Of a stretch of 64,000 nucleotides of DNA, positions 23,841 to 37,952 are shown in pieces; within the stretch, counting starts at the first letter, position 1, and each line of letters begins with the position of its first letter. This DNA is from the human T2T-CHM13v2.0 reference genome, Homo sapiens, in NCBI RefSeq assembly GCF_009914755.1, contig NC_060930.1; one strand, given 5' to 3'. The notes below the pieces were generated by a model that was given only the letters and a program-made list of their open reading frames with translations, was not told the origin of the DNA and did no database searches. The position numbers and the translations under genes were made by a program.

Positions 23841-25498
23841 TATTTTATTACATTTTAATTTATTTTATTTTATTATATCATCCACCATGTCTGGCCTATT
23901 TTATTATATTTTAAGATATTTTAATATATTACGTGTGTTGTAATTGGATTATCATCGGTGAGCTTTGTGAGTGAGTGTCTTGGAGATGACTCCTCCTGAC
24001 CAGCCCAGGACCAGCTTTCTTGTCACCTTGAGGTCCCCTCGCCCCATCACACTCTTACGCATTACTCTATGTCTACTGTTATGGGTGTGTAATTTTATAC
24101 CATAGATGTTTACTCTTTAAACAGACACTTCTAGTCTGTTTTATTTCATGTGTCTGGGAGCGGATAAAGTGTGAGGTTCAGGGAGAAAGAGAGGTCTGTC
24201 TCAATGCCTTGGCACGGCATGAAGACAATCTCCCCTCCTTGTCCCCTTTCCCTGCTAGCTCCTGATGACTGACAGATTCACAGCAGAACAGAAAGGACTG
24301 GGAAGGGATGGAGGTGGGACATCTGGCACTGACCTTCAGGGGCTGACCCTGTGGGGGAACATCTGCCCTGAAGAGTTGGAGCCTTCATGTGATGACACAG
24401 AGCTGAAGTGTGATATTCGGGAGGGGATAGAGAGTGCTTGGAGGTTTTCTGATTTTGAAGAATCCCAGTCAGTCAGGTTCTGGCGTAAAGTGACTGCTGG
24501 GGAGGTGTGGACTGAATGAATGAAGAATAAATGAACCAGGAAAGTGGACATGCAAGAGGTGGGTTATTCCTCACCCTATTTCTTGATGCCTCCTGACTGC
24601 TGGTGTTGGGGCACACAGATGGGTGATGCACTTCTTGGTCAAGGCAACCTCAGCCCCACCCACGTAAGGTGGTCATGGCAGAGAGTGTAAGGGTGACACC
24701 TGTGAAAAAGACCCAAGGCAGGGATGGGAGCCCTTCTTGCAGCAGGAGTGGATGCAGGACCTGCCTGGAAGCAAGAGAAGGACGAGGGACCCTGGCTGGG
24801 CCCTGTTTCCTCCCACTGCCTGGTTCACAAAGCAACCAGTAAGGGAGCTGGAGTAGGGAATTCACTCATGTGCTACTTACTGATCCAGAGATGTGTTCGT
24901 TGACATTTTCTTTTATGTTTTCAGGTTGATGTCATTTACACATTCATGCATTTATGTTGTGTATTTATTAGTCTTGTTTATTTTAGTTAGCAAGTGTCAC
25001 TTGTTGAATTCTGTTCTCATTAGGTATAAATTTTCATATTCATTGAAGTTTTTATAATCAAAATTTAATTGTCCATGATTTTAAAAGTCAAATATTTGCA
25101 TAGGATTTCTCTAGAGAAATGAGTCCTCTCTGCATCTTCTCAATTTCTGCCTTCCTAGAGGCAACCATTTTCAACATTTTTAGCTAAGTCTTTCAACTTT
25201 TACTTCCATATGTCTAAATACAATTCCTTCATTAATACTGCTTGATTTTTCCGTTGCAGTCATTATCTGTTGCACAGCACAGTGGTGAATGCAATAGTTA
25301 ATTGTACCTGTTCCCTTTCACTCTTCCCATTCTTTCATCTTCCCGATGTATTTCTGTAGTAATTATGTTTGGTTCAGTCGTTCCTTGTTTCCTTTTCCAT
25401 GACTAATTTTCTCATATGTCAGCTTGACCACTTTTCACTTCCTGAACATTTGTTCTTCCTGTAGTTAATACTTGCCTTTGTTTTTGTTTATTTTATAA

Positions 25499-26123
<625 letters not shown>

Positions 26124-26404
26124 CGTATTACTCTTTTAAGAAATTACAGACTTTGGATATTCCACTTTACCTTCTTGGAAATGTCCCTCCTGGGCCCTTC
26201 TCGCTGCTCCCATCTGGACTGGAGGCTTCTCCCTGTGGAGCAGAGTCACTGTCCTAGGATCTCCCTCCACCGCCATCTGGGGCAGTGCTTTACATGCAGT
26301 GGAGCCACCTGGGGTCCAGCCAAAATGCAGACTGATTCAAGATGTCAAGGCTGAGGCATATGAGCCTTTCTGTCTAGTTTCATGAGATGCTGATTCTCCT
26401 GGTT

Positions 26405-26408
26405 CGTG

Positions 26409-26440
<32 letters not shown>

Positions 26441-26835
26441 AAGGGAATTTTGCTCTGTCAGCCAGGCTGGAGTGCAGTGGTGCCATCATGGCTTACTACA
26501 GGCTCAACCTCATAGGCTCAAGTGACCCTCCTACCTCATCTTCCTAGGTAGTCAGGACCACAGGCCACATCCTAATATATTTTTAATTAACTGATGCAGT
26601 TTCTTTCTAAATTAGTAAGAGGGCTGAGCATTTTTTCATTGTGGCAAAAAATACACATAAAATTTACTATCATAACTATTTTTAAGAATACAGTACCATT
26701 GGCCAGGTGTGGTGGCTCATGCCTGTAATCCCAGCAATTTGGGAGGCTAAGGCAGGAGGATCACTGGAGGCCTACAGTTCAAGTCAGGCTTGGGGAAAGT
26801 AGTGAGACCCTGTCTCCAGCCAAAAAAAAAAAATT
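26405..26835. repeat. (TG)n(GA)n microsatellite with an Alu monomer (-) and a FLAM (+, 26701-26832)
   Basis: gtgtgtgt...gagagaga; Alu arm sequences. Confidence 0.75.
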
Positions 26836-27739
26836 AAATTAAAATATACTGTACTATAATAGTGTTAATTGTAAGCACAGTGTAGTGCAACCGATCTTTA
26901 GAATATTTCACCTTGAAAGCTGAAACTCTGTGCCCCTTTCACAAAAATCCTTATTACCTGGAAGTTTTACCTGGCAGCCACCATTCTACCTTCACATTCA
27001 TCAAGTTTGACTGTTTTAGACACCTCATGTAAATGGAATTATGCAGTACTTGGAGTTTTTTTTTTTTTTTTTGATTGGCATATTTCACTTAGCAATGACT
27101 TTAAGGTTCATATACGTTGTAGCATATAGCAAGATTTTCTTCTTTTAAATGTTGAATAATATTCCATTGTCTGTATATAATCATATTTTCTTGATCTATT
27201 CATCTGTTGGTAAACATATAGGTTGCTTCCATATCTTGCCTGTTGTGAATAACACCATTATGAATATGGATATGCAATCTTTCTTTTCACTTTTGTATCC
27301 CCCCTCATTTTGGTGCAACTAATCTTCTAGTAGCTTTTCCTGAAAGCACGTGCTTAAAGTACATTTGTGTGTTTCAACATATCTACTATCATTTTGCCTC
27401 TCTCCAGGAAGAGGAAAGAAATGTATTAAGGTGCTCTTTGGCACAGCATTTAATGGTAAAGAAAGAAACAGTATAACTGGCCGGTGCTGGGTTTCAGCAT
27501 CCTGCAATTTCAGAACTACTGTGAATACAAAAGAAAGAAAGGTCCTGCCCAGGATGGGAGTCACTCCTATATATGGTGGCCCTGGGACAGCAGACCTTTC
27601 CTGTCACACCTCTTCCATGAGGGCCCTTACTTCAGTGACTGTGGTGCTTTCCTTCTCTCTATGGTCCATCTATCTATCTATCCAGTTGGTTGGGTTTCTC
27701 TGGAGAACCCTAATATACCAATGGACAGTAAGCAAATAA

Positions 27740-29850
27740 AACCTAGTATTACCACTAATTGCCATTGAGAAAAATATGCCTAGGCCAGAAGATTGGTGAT
27801 GGTGGGAATAGCAGGGACATAGTTTAGACAAGGTCATTGAGCAAGACGTTTCTGAGAACTTGACCACTGGTTATCTGAGAAGAGACCTGAATCGTGTGAG
27901 GAGTGAGTCATGTGAATCCCTGGGGAGCAGGTACATGTGGGAGTCAGAGCATGGGTAGGTGGCAGAAATAGGGCAGAGCAGTGACAAGAGGCTGGTGTGA
28001 GTGGAGACAAGTGAGCTGGGCTGAGAGGAGTGGGATGAGCCCAGAGTTGACAGAGGGGCCCTGTGTTGAGGGGCTTGTAGGAAATGGTGAGACATTGGGG
28101 TTTCATTGCACTAAGAGGGGAAGAAGCTAGAGTGGCTTTGGGATGTGGTGGTGATGATGTGCTCTAATTCCCGTTTGAAAGGTTTACTCTACCTGTTGTG
28201 TGGGTGATGGACAGCGGCGTGAATGTCTCTTCATGTCCATTACCCATTTTTGAATGGCGTTGTTTTTTTAATGGATGAGTTGTAGTTTTTTTATGTATTT
28301 TGAATATTAATTCTTCATCAGATGTATGATTGGCAAATAGCTCCTCCCATTCTGTGCATTTTCTTTCCACTCTTTTAATAATGTCACTTGTTGCAAAAAA
28401 GTTTTTAAATCTGATAAAGTCTAATTTATCATTTTTCTTTAATTGCTCATGCTTTGGGTCATCCAGCCAAGAAACTACTACCAAATCCAATGTTCACAAG
28501 ACTTTCCTCAATGTTTTCTTCTAAGGGTTTTACAGGTTTGACTCTTAAGCTTCGTTGTTTGATACATTCTGAGTTAATTGTTGAGTATGGTGTAGGGAAG
28601 GCTATGAATTGTGTCCAACATCATTCTTTTGCATGCGGATATCCAGTTTCTCAGCACCACTTGTTGCAGCACCATCTGTGGAAGTGAGGCTGACACATTT
28701 GCAAAATGCATTGAGCACTAGTACACCATGCATTTATTTACTTTTCTTTACTCCACAGTTGTTTTGAGGAGGCTTCCAGTGACAAACACAACAGAAATGA
28801 AAATACATGAATTCTTATAAAATCAATATCAAGTAGAATTATAAACTTTAAAATGTTAAGAGTGAGGCAAGGCTAGATCATTACTAGACAAGCTGAAACA
28901 TAGACTGAAATGGAGGGTTTACGGTTTTCCTTGCTACAAATTTTGTTGGCCCACAATCTGTCATGCTTACTGCATAAGGGAGCCAGCCACAGGGTGGGTT
29001 GATAGCTCACATAACCAGTCCCTGGTTTCCTGCTTCAGAAACAAGTTCAGATTCTCTCCACTTACAGTAAAAAAGTGAATTGCAGGATGTTCAAAGTGAA
29101 GTTGACATCTACAAAGTCAACAAATAAGTAGTAAGTGTAGACCTCAGAAATTTAACAAGATTCTACTTTTTCCCCCAAAAAAATGTCCTCACAATTTCCT
29201 GCTGAAAGGAGAGGGTTCATTCAGGGGACCACATGATGCCGTTCTTCTGCTGCAGTTCTAAATTAAGTTGTCCTTCCCTCTAACTACAGGTCTCACAAAC
29301 CCTTGCAGCCAGCTTCAATGATTTTAGCTTGACTAAGGTTTTGGGTTTTTGATATTGTTTGTATTTGAGCTGCAGCCTGGGGCTTAGAAATGTGACTTGG
29401 GTATTTTGCCAAAATGGTATGTTTTTCTATAGAATTTGACGTTGTGGAGACCCTGCTTTTCTGCCAGGTCCCCAGAGGGGATACAGTGCTTTGTACCTCT
29501 TTTTAGTACTTCATTAGCAGTGATAGAAGATTTGGAGTGAGGGCCTCCCTCAATCTCTACCCTCTGCCTAGTGCAGAGGATCATGGACTGTTGCAGTTAT
29601 GGCAACAAAAAATTTCTCCAGACATAGCTCCTGTCCTCTGGTGGGAAAATCTCCCCTGGATGAGAACACTAGTTTGAGAGGTAGAGACACTCAGGAGCTG
29701 GGCTTGGACAGGGGAAGGGAAGAGGAGACAGACACAAAACGGAGTGGGGCTGGGAAACAGGCAAAGGGAGTTCAGGCCTGGAGGGACCTGGCCTGATGAG
29801 GCACATGAGGAATGGGGAGAGTGGCAGGATCTCCTATTGCCAGAAAATCG
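27740..29850 (+). repeat. Ancient duplicated segment, copy B (interrupted by an L1 fragment ~28220-28675)
   Basis: Same anchors in the same order as 1560-3860. Confidence 0.85.
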
Positions 29851-30539
29851 TACTTGTACCCACTGCATTCCCAGCCCTGGTGTATGCATCTCTAGGAAAT
29901 CAGAATGAATTTGGCTATTATGGTGTCAGAAAGAGCCCTGAAGAGCCTCGTGTGCCTGTCAATGTAATGAAAGTGCAGGTGACAGCCCCTCCTGGAAATA
30001 TTGTTGCCAAATGTTTAACCCAGATCTGCCTCGGTCTTTAGGAAACACAGCAGAGAGAAGAGCAAAGTAAAAGGCATCAGGGGAAATAATATGATAAATT
30101 CGGTGTGGAGAGCATGCTAAAGTTATTTGGCCTGCAATAAGTAATGCTGTTCTAAAAGAAAAAAGGATTAGTGGATTGTTGTAGATTACAGGTAACTAAA
30201 GGACACATAATCAAAGGCAATGAGTGGATATTTTATGGAACCAAGTTATAAAAATGTACAAAGAATAGATTGAAGAAGTGAAGATACTTGAATATGAAAG
30301 GACTTTAGATAATATGGAATTATTGTTTATTTTCTTTGGTGTGATAATGTAGGTTTTTACTCTTAGGAGATGCACGATGAGGTGTTTAGTGGTGAAATAT
30401 CATGGGTCTAGCAAGTTACTTTAGAATGGTTCAGTCAAAAATCTTAGTCTCTTCATTCTGTCTCTCTTCATACATACACACACACATACACTCACATATA
30501 CACACTATACAAACACATATAGCTGAAGCAGCATAAAAC

Positions 30540-31972
30540 CTAGTTTCTAGTAGAGGGATGCAAAAAGGGAGGAGAATTGGTAAGTTAGAGTTTTTTGGCA
30601 AAGGACTGACAATGCGCCACATGGATAGGACTTCTATTCCGCTAGCTGGTGCTGTTGACCTTGAAACTCCATGTGCACTCCAGACCAAGGGCAGAGAGAG
30701 ATGCTCACTGTGGCGGGTAGGGGGGATGTGTTCCTAGAAAATCACAATGACATTCCCCTGAGCTATATCCCTGGTTACTACAGCATTTCCTGATCTTGCC
30801 TAACAGGATTACTTCCCTGAACTGTAAAATTCCTGCAGCATTGTATACAGAGAAAGAATAGGAGACATGGCAATCATGGACAAGAAAGGAGGAAATCGTG
30901 ATAGGAAAGTTAGAGATCCTGTTGCCAACACCCAGTCAGGCATTCGGAGGCTGGGGTCAGTCTAGAAGCCTTTCATAATGCCACGTGGTAGCTCCATCCA
31001 GAAATCCTCAGTTGCTCCCTGACTTCTTCCAGCCCCAGGTGATGGCTAGATCCTCCATGAAAGGAAACTGGTTCAAACACGGCCAATATGCCCAGCAACC
31101 CATGGGTAATGGGGGATTCTCCATGTTCTCCCCAGGAAGCCTGTCTCCCGTCTTGTAATGCTGGGAGCCACACTAATCATTTTTAAATGGCTGAAGGGGA
31201 CCCAGTATTTGGTTTGATTTGATTCTAAAAATGGAGGCCAAGAGCCTCAAAATAAAAAAACAGAGTGGAGGTCTGCTCCTGTACTCACCATTCTGATGAA
31301 TGTACCTTGGGATCCTGAATGAGCACCAAAAATAAAGCAGCACCTTTGTCTGGGGTGATACCTGAGATGCATTGCCTCATGCCAAGAAAATTAAGGACAC
31401 AGACACACACAAGGAGTGAGTTTAGGAGTAGAGGTTTAATAGGCAAAAGAAAAGAAAGAGAAAGAAGAATAGCTCTCTCTCCTGTGAGAGAAGGGGCACG
31501 CAAGTGGGAATTCCAGCCCATGGCAGAGTGCACTGGATTTTATACACAGGCTGAAAGAGGTGTCTGATTTGCACAGGGCCCACAGATTGGTTGGACCAGG
31601 TGTGATGTTTACATAGTGCATGGGGAAGCTGACCACCCCACCCTAATCTTCTTATGCAAATAGGCTTTCCACTTGGCTGACACCATGTTGTCTGCTCCCT
31701 GCTGCACACGTGGTTGGAAAGGAAAAGTGAAGATGGAGCCGCCATTTGAACATGCCTAGTCCCAGGTAGCCTTTTCCTATTGGCACAACTGCTGGCATTC
31801 ACTCAGGCAAGCTTCCAGCTTGCTTGTCTATGTCTGCAGCTCAATTTTACAGGCTGCTCTTTGTTAGAAAGAAAATGATTTGGGGGCTGCTTTTCATTAA
31901 AAGGAAAACCTTACCAAGGACTTCTTTACTCTCACTATCTGCCTAAATAATTTCTTTTTAACTCCTCTATCA
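30540..31972 (-). mobile_element. ERV1 fragment: LTR9-like LTR (31333-31972) plus adjacent internal leader/gag remnant
   Basis: Reverse complement starts TGATAGAGGAGTTAAAAAGAAATTATTTAGGCAG; PBS-like tttggtgc follows the LTR end. Confidence 0.65.
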
Positions 31973-32159
31973 GTTACAAAATCAGTTTTAAAGCACATAC
32001 TGTTCTGTGATATTGGGATATCTGGACATTTTGTTGTCATAGGAGTTTATCCTTGCAGGTATTACCAAACTGCTTCCTTAGCTATCAACATCCTAGGACC
32101 ATGGGTCATGACAAGCAAGGAATGTACCCTGCTAGTTTAAAGATAAACTTGATTTGCGG

Positions 32160-34803
32160 GGAGGGGGTGGTTTTTAGTTACATGGGTAAGTTCTTTTGTG
32201 GTGGTTTCTGAGATTTTGGTGCATCCATCATCTGAGGAGTGTACATGTACCCAATGTGTAGTCTTTTCTCCCGCACCATCCTATGACCCTACCCTCTGAG
32301 TCCCCAACGTTCATTATATCATTCTTTTGCCTTTGCATGCCCATATAAGTGAGAACACATGACATTTAGATTTCAATTCCTGAATTACTTCTCTTAGAAT
32401 AATGGCCTCCAACGTCATTCAGGCTGCTGCAATTGCCGTTATTTCACTTCTTTTTGTGGCTGAGTAGCATTCTACGGTATATATATATATACACCACATT
32501 TTCTTTTTTTTAATTACACTTTTTATTTTGAGGTAATCATAGATCCACATGTAACTGTAAGAAATAGTAAAGAGGGCAGGCATGGTGGCTCACGCCTGTA
32601 ATCCCAGCACTTTGGGAGGTGGAGAGAGCAGGATCACTTGAGACCAGGAGCTCAAGACCAACCTGGGCAACACAGCAAGACCCTGTGTCTTACCAATAAA
32701 ATAATAATAATAATAAAGAGAAATGTCATACATTCTTTACCCATTATTCTTCAATGACATGTTACAAACTACAGCATAATATCACAAGGGACACTGACAT
32801 TGATATGGTCAAGACACAGAACAGTTCTACCACCACAAGGAGCCCTCATGTTACCCTTTTATAATCACACTGACCTTTCCCCGCTTCCATGCCTAACCCC
32901 TGGCAACCACTAACATATTCTCTACTTCTATTAAACTTGTCATTTCAAGAAAGTGATATGAATGGAATCATGCAGTATGTGTTCTTTTGATATTGGCTTT
33001 TTTTTTCACTCAGCATGATTCCCTAAAGATTCAAGGATTCATTTACATTCTTGGATGTATCTATCAATAGATTGTTGGTTTTTTTGTTTTTTTGTTGTTG
33101 TTTTTTTTAATTATACTTTAGGCTCTAGGGTACATGTGCACAACGTGCAGGTTTGTTACATATGTATACATGTGCCATGTTGGTGTTCTGCACCCATTAA
33201 CTCTTCATTTACATTAGGTATTTCTCCTAATGCTTTCCCTCCCCCCTCTTCCCTCCCCCAACCCCACGACAGGCCCCAGTGTGTGATGTTCTCCACCCCG
33301 TGTCCAGGTGTTCTCATTGTTCAATTCCCACCTATGAGTGAGAATATGCGGCGTTCAGTTTTCTGTCCTTGTGATAGTTTGCTCAGAATGATGGTTTCCA
33401 GCTTCATCCATGTCCCTACAAAGGACATAAACTCATCCTTTTTATGGCTGCACAGTATTCCACGATATACACCACATTTTCATTTTCCACTCATTGATTG
33501 ACGGACATTTGGGCTGGTTCCATATTTTTGCAACTGTGAATTGTGCTGCTATAAACATGTGTGTGCAAGTATCTTTTTCATATAATGACTTCTTTTCCTC
33601 TGGTACATACCCAGTAGTAGGATTGCTGGATAAAATTGTAAATCTACTTTTAGTTCCCTAAGGAATCTCCATACTGTTTTCTATAGTGATTGTACTAGTT
33701 TACATTCCTGCCAGCTGTGTAAAAGTGTTCCCTTTTTACCACATCCACACCAACACCTATTATTTTTTTATTTTTCAATTATGGCCACTATTGCAGAAGT
33801 AAGGTGGTATTGCATTGTGGTTTTCACTGGCATTTCCCTGATAATTAGGGATGCTGAGCATTTTTTTATGTTTGCTGGCCATTTGTATATCCTCTTTTGA
33901 GAATTTTCTATTCCTGTACTTAGCCTTCTTTTTGATGGGATTATTCATTTTCCTCTTGCTGATTTGTTTGAGTTCCTTGTAGATTCTGGACATCAGTCCT
34001 TTGTCAAATGCATAGTTTGTGTATATGTTCTCCCTCTCTATGGGTCGTCTGTTAACTCTGTTGATTATTTCTTTTGCTATGCGGAGGCTTTTTTGCTGAA
34101 TTAGGTCCCATGAATTTATTTTTGTTTTTGTTGCATTTGCTTTTGGGTTCTTGCTCATGAAGTCATTGCCTAAACCAATGTCTAGAAGGGTTTTGTTCAG
34201 TGTTATCTTCTAGAATTTTTATGGTTTCAGGTCTTAGATTTAAGTCTTTGATCCATCTTGAGTTAATTTTTGTATACGGTGAGACATAGGATCCAGTTTC
34301 ATTCTTCTACATGTGAGTTGCCAATTATCCCAGCAACATTTGTTGAATAGGGTGTCATTTCCCCACTTTATGTTTTCATTTCCTTTGTCAGAGATCAGTT
34401 GACTGTAAGTATTTGGTTTTATTTCTGGGTTCTCTATTCTGTTTCATTGGTCTACATGAGTCTTTAGGGTTTTCTAGCTGTACAATCATATCATCAGCAA
34501 ACAGCAACAGTTTGACTTTCTCTTTGCCAATTCGGATGCCCTTTATTTCTTTCTCTTGTCTGATTGCTCTGGCTAGAACTTTCAATACAATGTTGAAGAC
34601 AAGTGGTGAAAGTGGACATCCTTACCTTGTTTCAGTTATCGGGGGAATGATTTCTAATTTCCCTCATTCAATATAATGTTGCCTGTAGGTTTGTCATAAA
34701 TGGCTTTTACTACCTTCAGGTATGTTCCTTGTATGCCAACTTTGTTGAAGCTTTTAATCATAAAGCAATGCTGGATTTTGTAAAATGTTTGTCAAATGTT
34801 TTT
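32160..34803 (-). mobile_element. L1 (L1PB/old L1PA) 3' portion, antisense, with nested FLAM and L1PA 3' end
   Basis: ORF2 fragments 33775-34158 (KINSWDLI) and 34388-34585 (LFADDMI). Confidence 0.85.
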
Positions 34804-35179
34804 TGTGCATGGTTAATACTAAGTGTCAACTTGATTTGGATTGAAGGATACAAAGTATTGATCCTCGGTGTGTCTATGAGGGTGTTGCCAAAAGAGATTA
34901 ACATTTGAGACAGTGGGCTGGGGAAGGCAGATCCACCCTTAATCTGGTGGGCACAGTCTAATCAGCTGCCATTTAACATAAAGCAAACAGAAAAACAAGA
35001 AAAGGAGAGACACTGGCCTAGCCTCCCAGCCTACATCTTTCTCCCATGCTGGATGCTTCCTGCCCTTGAACATTGGACTCCAAGTTCTTCCCTTTTGGGA
35101 CTCAGGCTGGCTCTCCTTGCTCCTCAGCTTGCAGACAGCCTATTATGTGACCCTGTGATTGTGTAAGTTAGTACTCAAT

Positions 35180-37952
35180 AAGCATATATATATATTATAT
35201 ATTATATATGTTTTATATATATTATATATTATATATGTTTTATATATAATATATATTATAATATATATTATTCTATTATTATATTATTCTGTTAATATTA
35301 AATACTAACATAATATATATTATATATAAAATAATATATATATAACGTACTAACTTACATTTTGTGTGTGTGTGTATATATTCTATATATATATTCTATA
35401 TATATATTCTCTATATATATTCTATATATATTCTATATATATATTCTATATCTATTCTATATATTCTATATATCTATTCTATATATTCTATATATCTATT
35501 CTATATATGTTCTATATATTCTATATATATATTCTATATATATTCTATATATATTCTATATATATATTCTATATATATTCTATATATATTCTATATATAT
35601 TCTATATATATATTCTATATATATTCTATATATATATTCTATATATATATTCTATATATATATTCTATATATATTCTATATATATATTCTATATATATTC
35701 TATATATATTCTATATATATATTCTATATATATTCTATATATATTCTATATATTCTATATATATTCTATATATATTCTATATATTCTATATATATTCTAT
35801 ATATATTCTATATATTCTATATATATTCTATATATATTCTATATATTCTATAGATATATTCTATATATATTCTATATATTCTATATATATTATATATATA
35901 TTATATATATATTATATATATATTATATATATTCTATATATATTCTATATATTCTATATATATTATATATATATTATATATATATTATATATATATTATA
36001 TATATTCTATATATATTCTATATATTCTATATATATTCTATATATATTATATATATTCTATCTATATATTCTATATATATTATATATATTCTATATATAT
36101 ATTCTATATATATTCTATATATATATTCTATATATATTCTATATATATATTCTATATATATTCTATATATATTCTATATATATTCTATATATATATTCTA
36201 TATATATTCTATATATATTCTATATATATATTCTATATATATATTCTATATATATTCTATATATATTCTATATATATATTCTATATATATTCTATATATA
36301 TTCTATATATATATTCTATATATATATTCTATATATATTCTATATATCCGATATATATTCTATATATTCTATATATATATCCTATATATATTCTATATAT
36401 TCTATATATATCCTATATATATTCTATATATTCTATATATATCCTATATATATATCCTATATATCCTATATATATCCTATATATATTCTATATATTCTAT
36501 ATATATCCTATATATATATCCTATATATCCTATATATATCCTATATATATCCTATATATCCTATATATATATCCTACATATATATCCTACATATATATAT
36601 CCTATATATATATCCTATATATATTCTATATATATATCCTATATATATCCTATATATATATCCTATATATATCCTATATATATTCTATATATATATCCTA
36701 TATATATTCTATATATATCTCCTATATATATTCTATATATATCCTATGTATATATCCTATATATATATCCTATGTATATATCCTATATATATATATCCTA
36801 TGTATATATCCTATATATATCCTATGTATATATCCTATATATATATCCTATATATATATCCTATATATATATCCTATATATATATATCCTATATGTATAT
36901 CCTATATATATCCTATATGTATATCCTATATGTATATCCTATATATATATACTATATGTATATCCTATATGTATATCCTATATGTATATCCTATATATAT
37001 ATCCTATATGTATATCCTATATATATATATCCTATATGTATATTCTATATATATATTCTATATATATATTCTATATATATATTCTATATATATTCTATAT
37101 ATATATTCTATATATATACTATATATATTCTATATATATAGTATATATATTCTATATGTATATATTCTATATATATTCTATATACATATATTCTATATAT
37201 ATATTCTATATATATTCTATATATATATTCTGTATATATATATTCTGTATATATATATTCTATATATATATTCTATATACATATATATTCTATATATATA
37301 TATTCTATATACATATATATTCTATATATATATTCTATATACATATATATTCTATATATATATTCTATATACATATATATTCTATATATATATATTCTAT
37401 ATACATATTCTATATATATATACTATATATATATTCTATATATATATATTCTATATATATATTCTATATATATATTCTATATATATATTCTATATATATA
37501 TTCTATATATATATTCTATATATATATATTCTATATATATATTCTATATATATATTCTATATATATTCTATATATATATTCTATATATATATTCTATATA
37601 TATATTCTATATATATATTCTATATATATATTCTATATATATTCTATATATATTCTATATATATATTCTATATATATTCTATATATATATTCTATATATA
37701 TATTCTATATATATATTCTATATATATATTCTATATATATATTCTATATATATATTCTATATATATATTCTATATATATATTCTATATATATATTCTATA
37801 TATATATTCTATATATATATTCTATATGTATATTCTATATATATATTCTATATGTATATTCTATATATATATTCTATATGTATATTCTATATATATATTC
37901 TATATGTATATATTCTATATATATATATATATATTCTATATATATATATTCT
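35180..37952. repeat. ~2.8 kb AT-rich tandem array inside the 5' MLT2A LTR: (TA)nTTC / (TA)nTCC units
   Basis: Seen directly; the 3' LTR has only ~40 bp of TA/CA at the equivalent site (~44030-44068). Confidence 0.97.
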
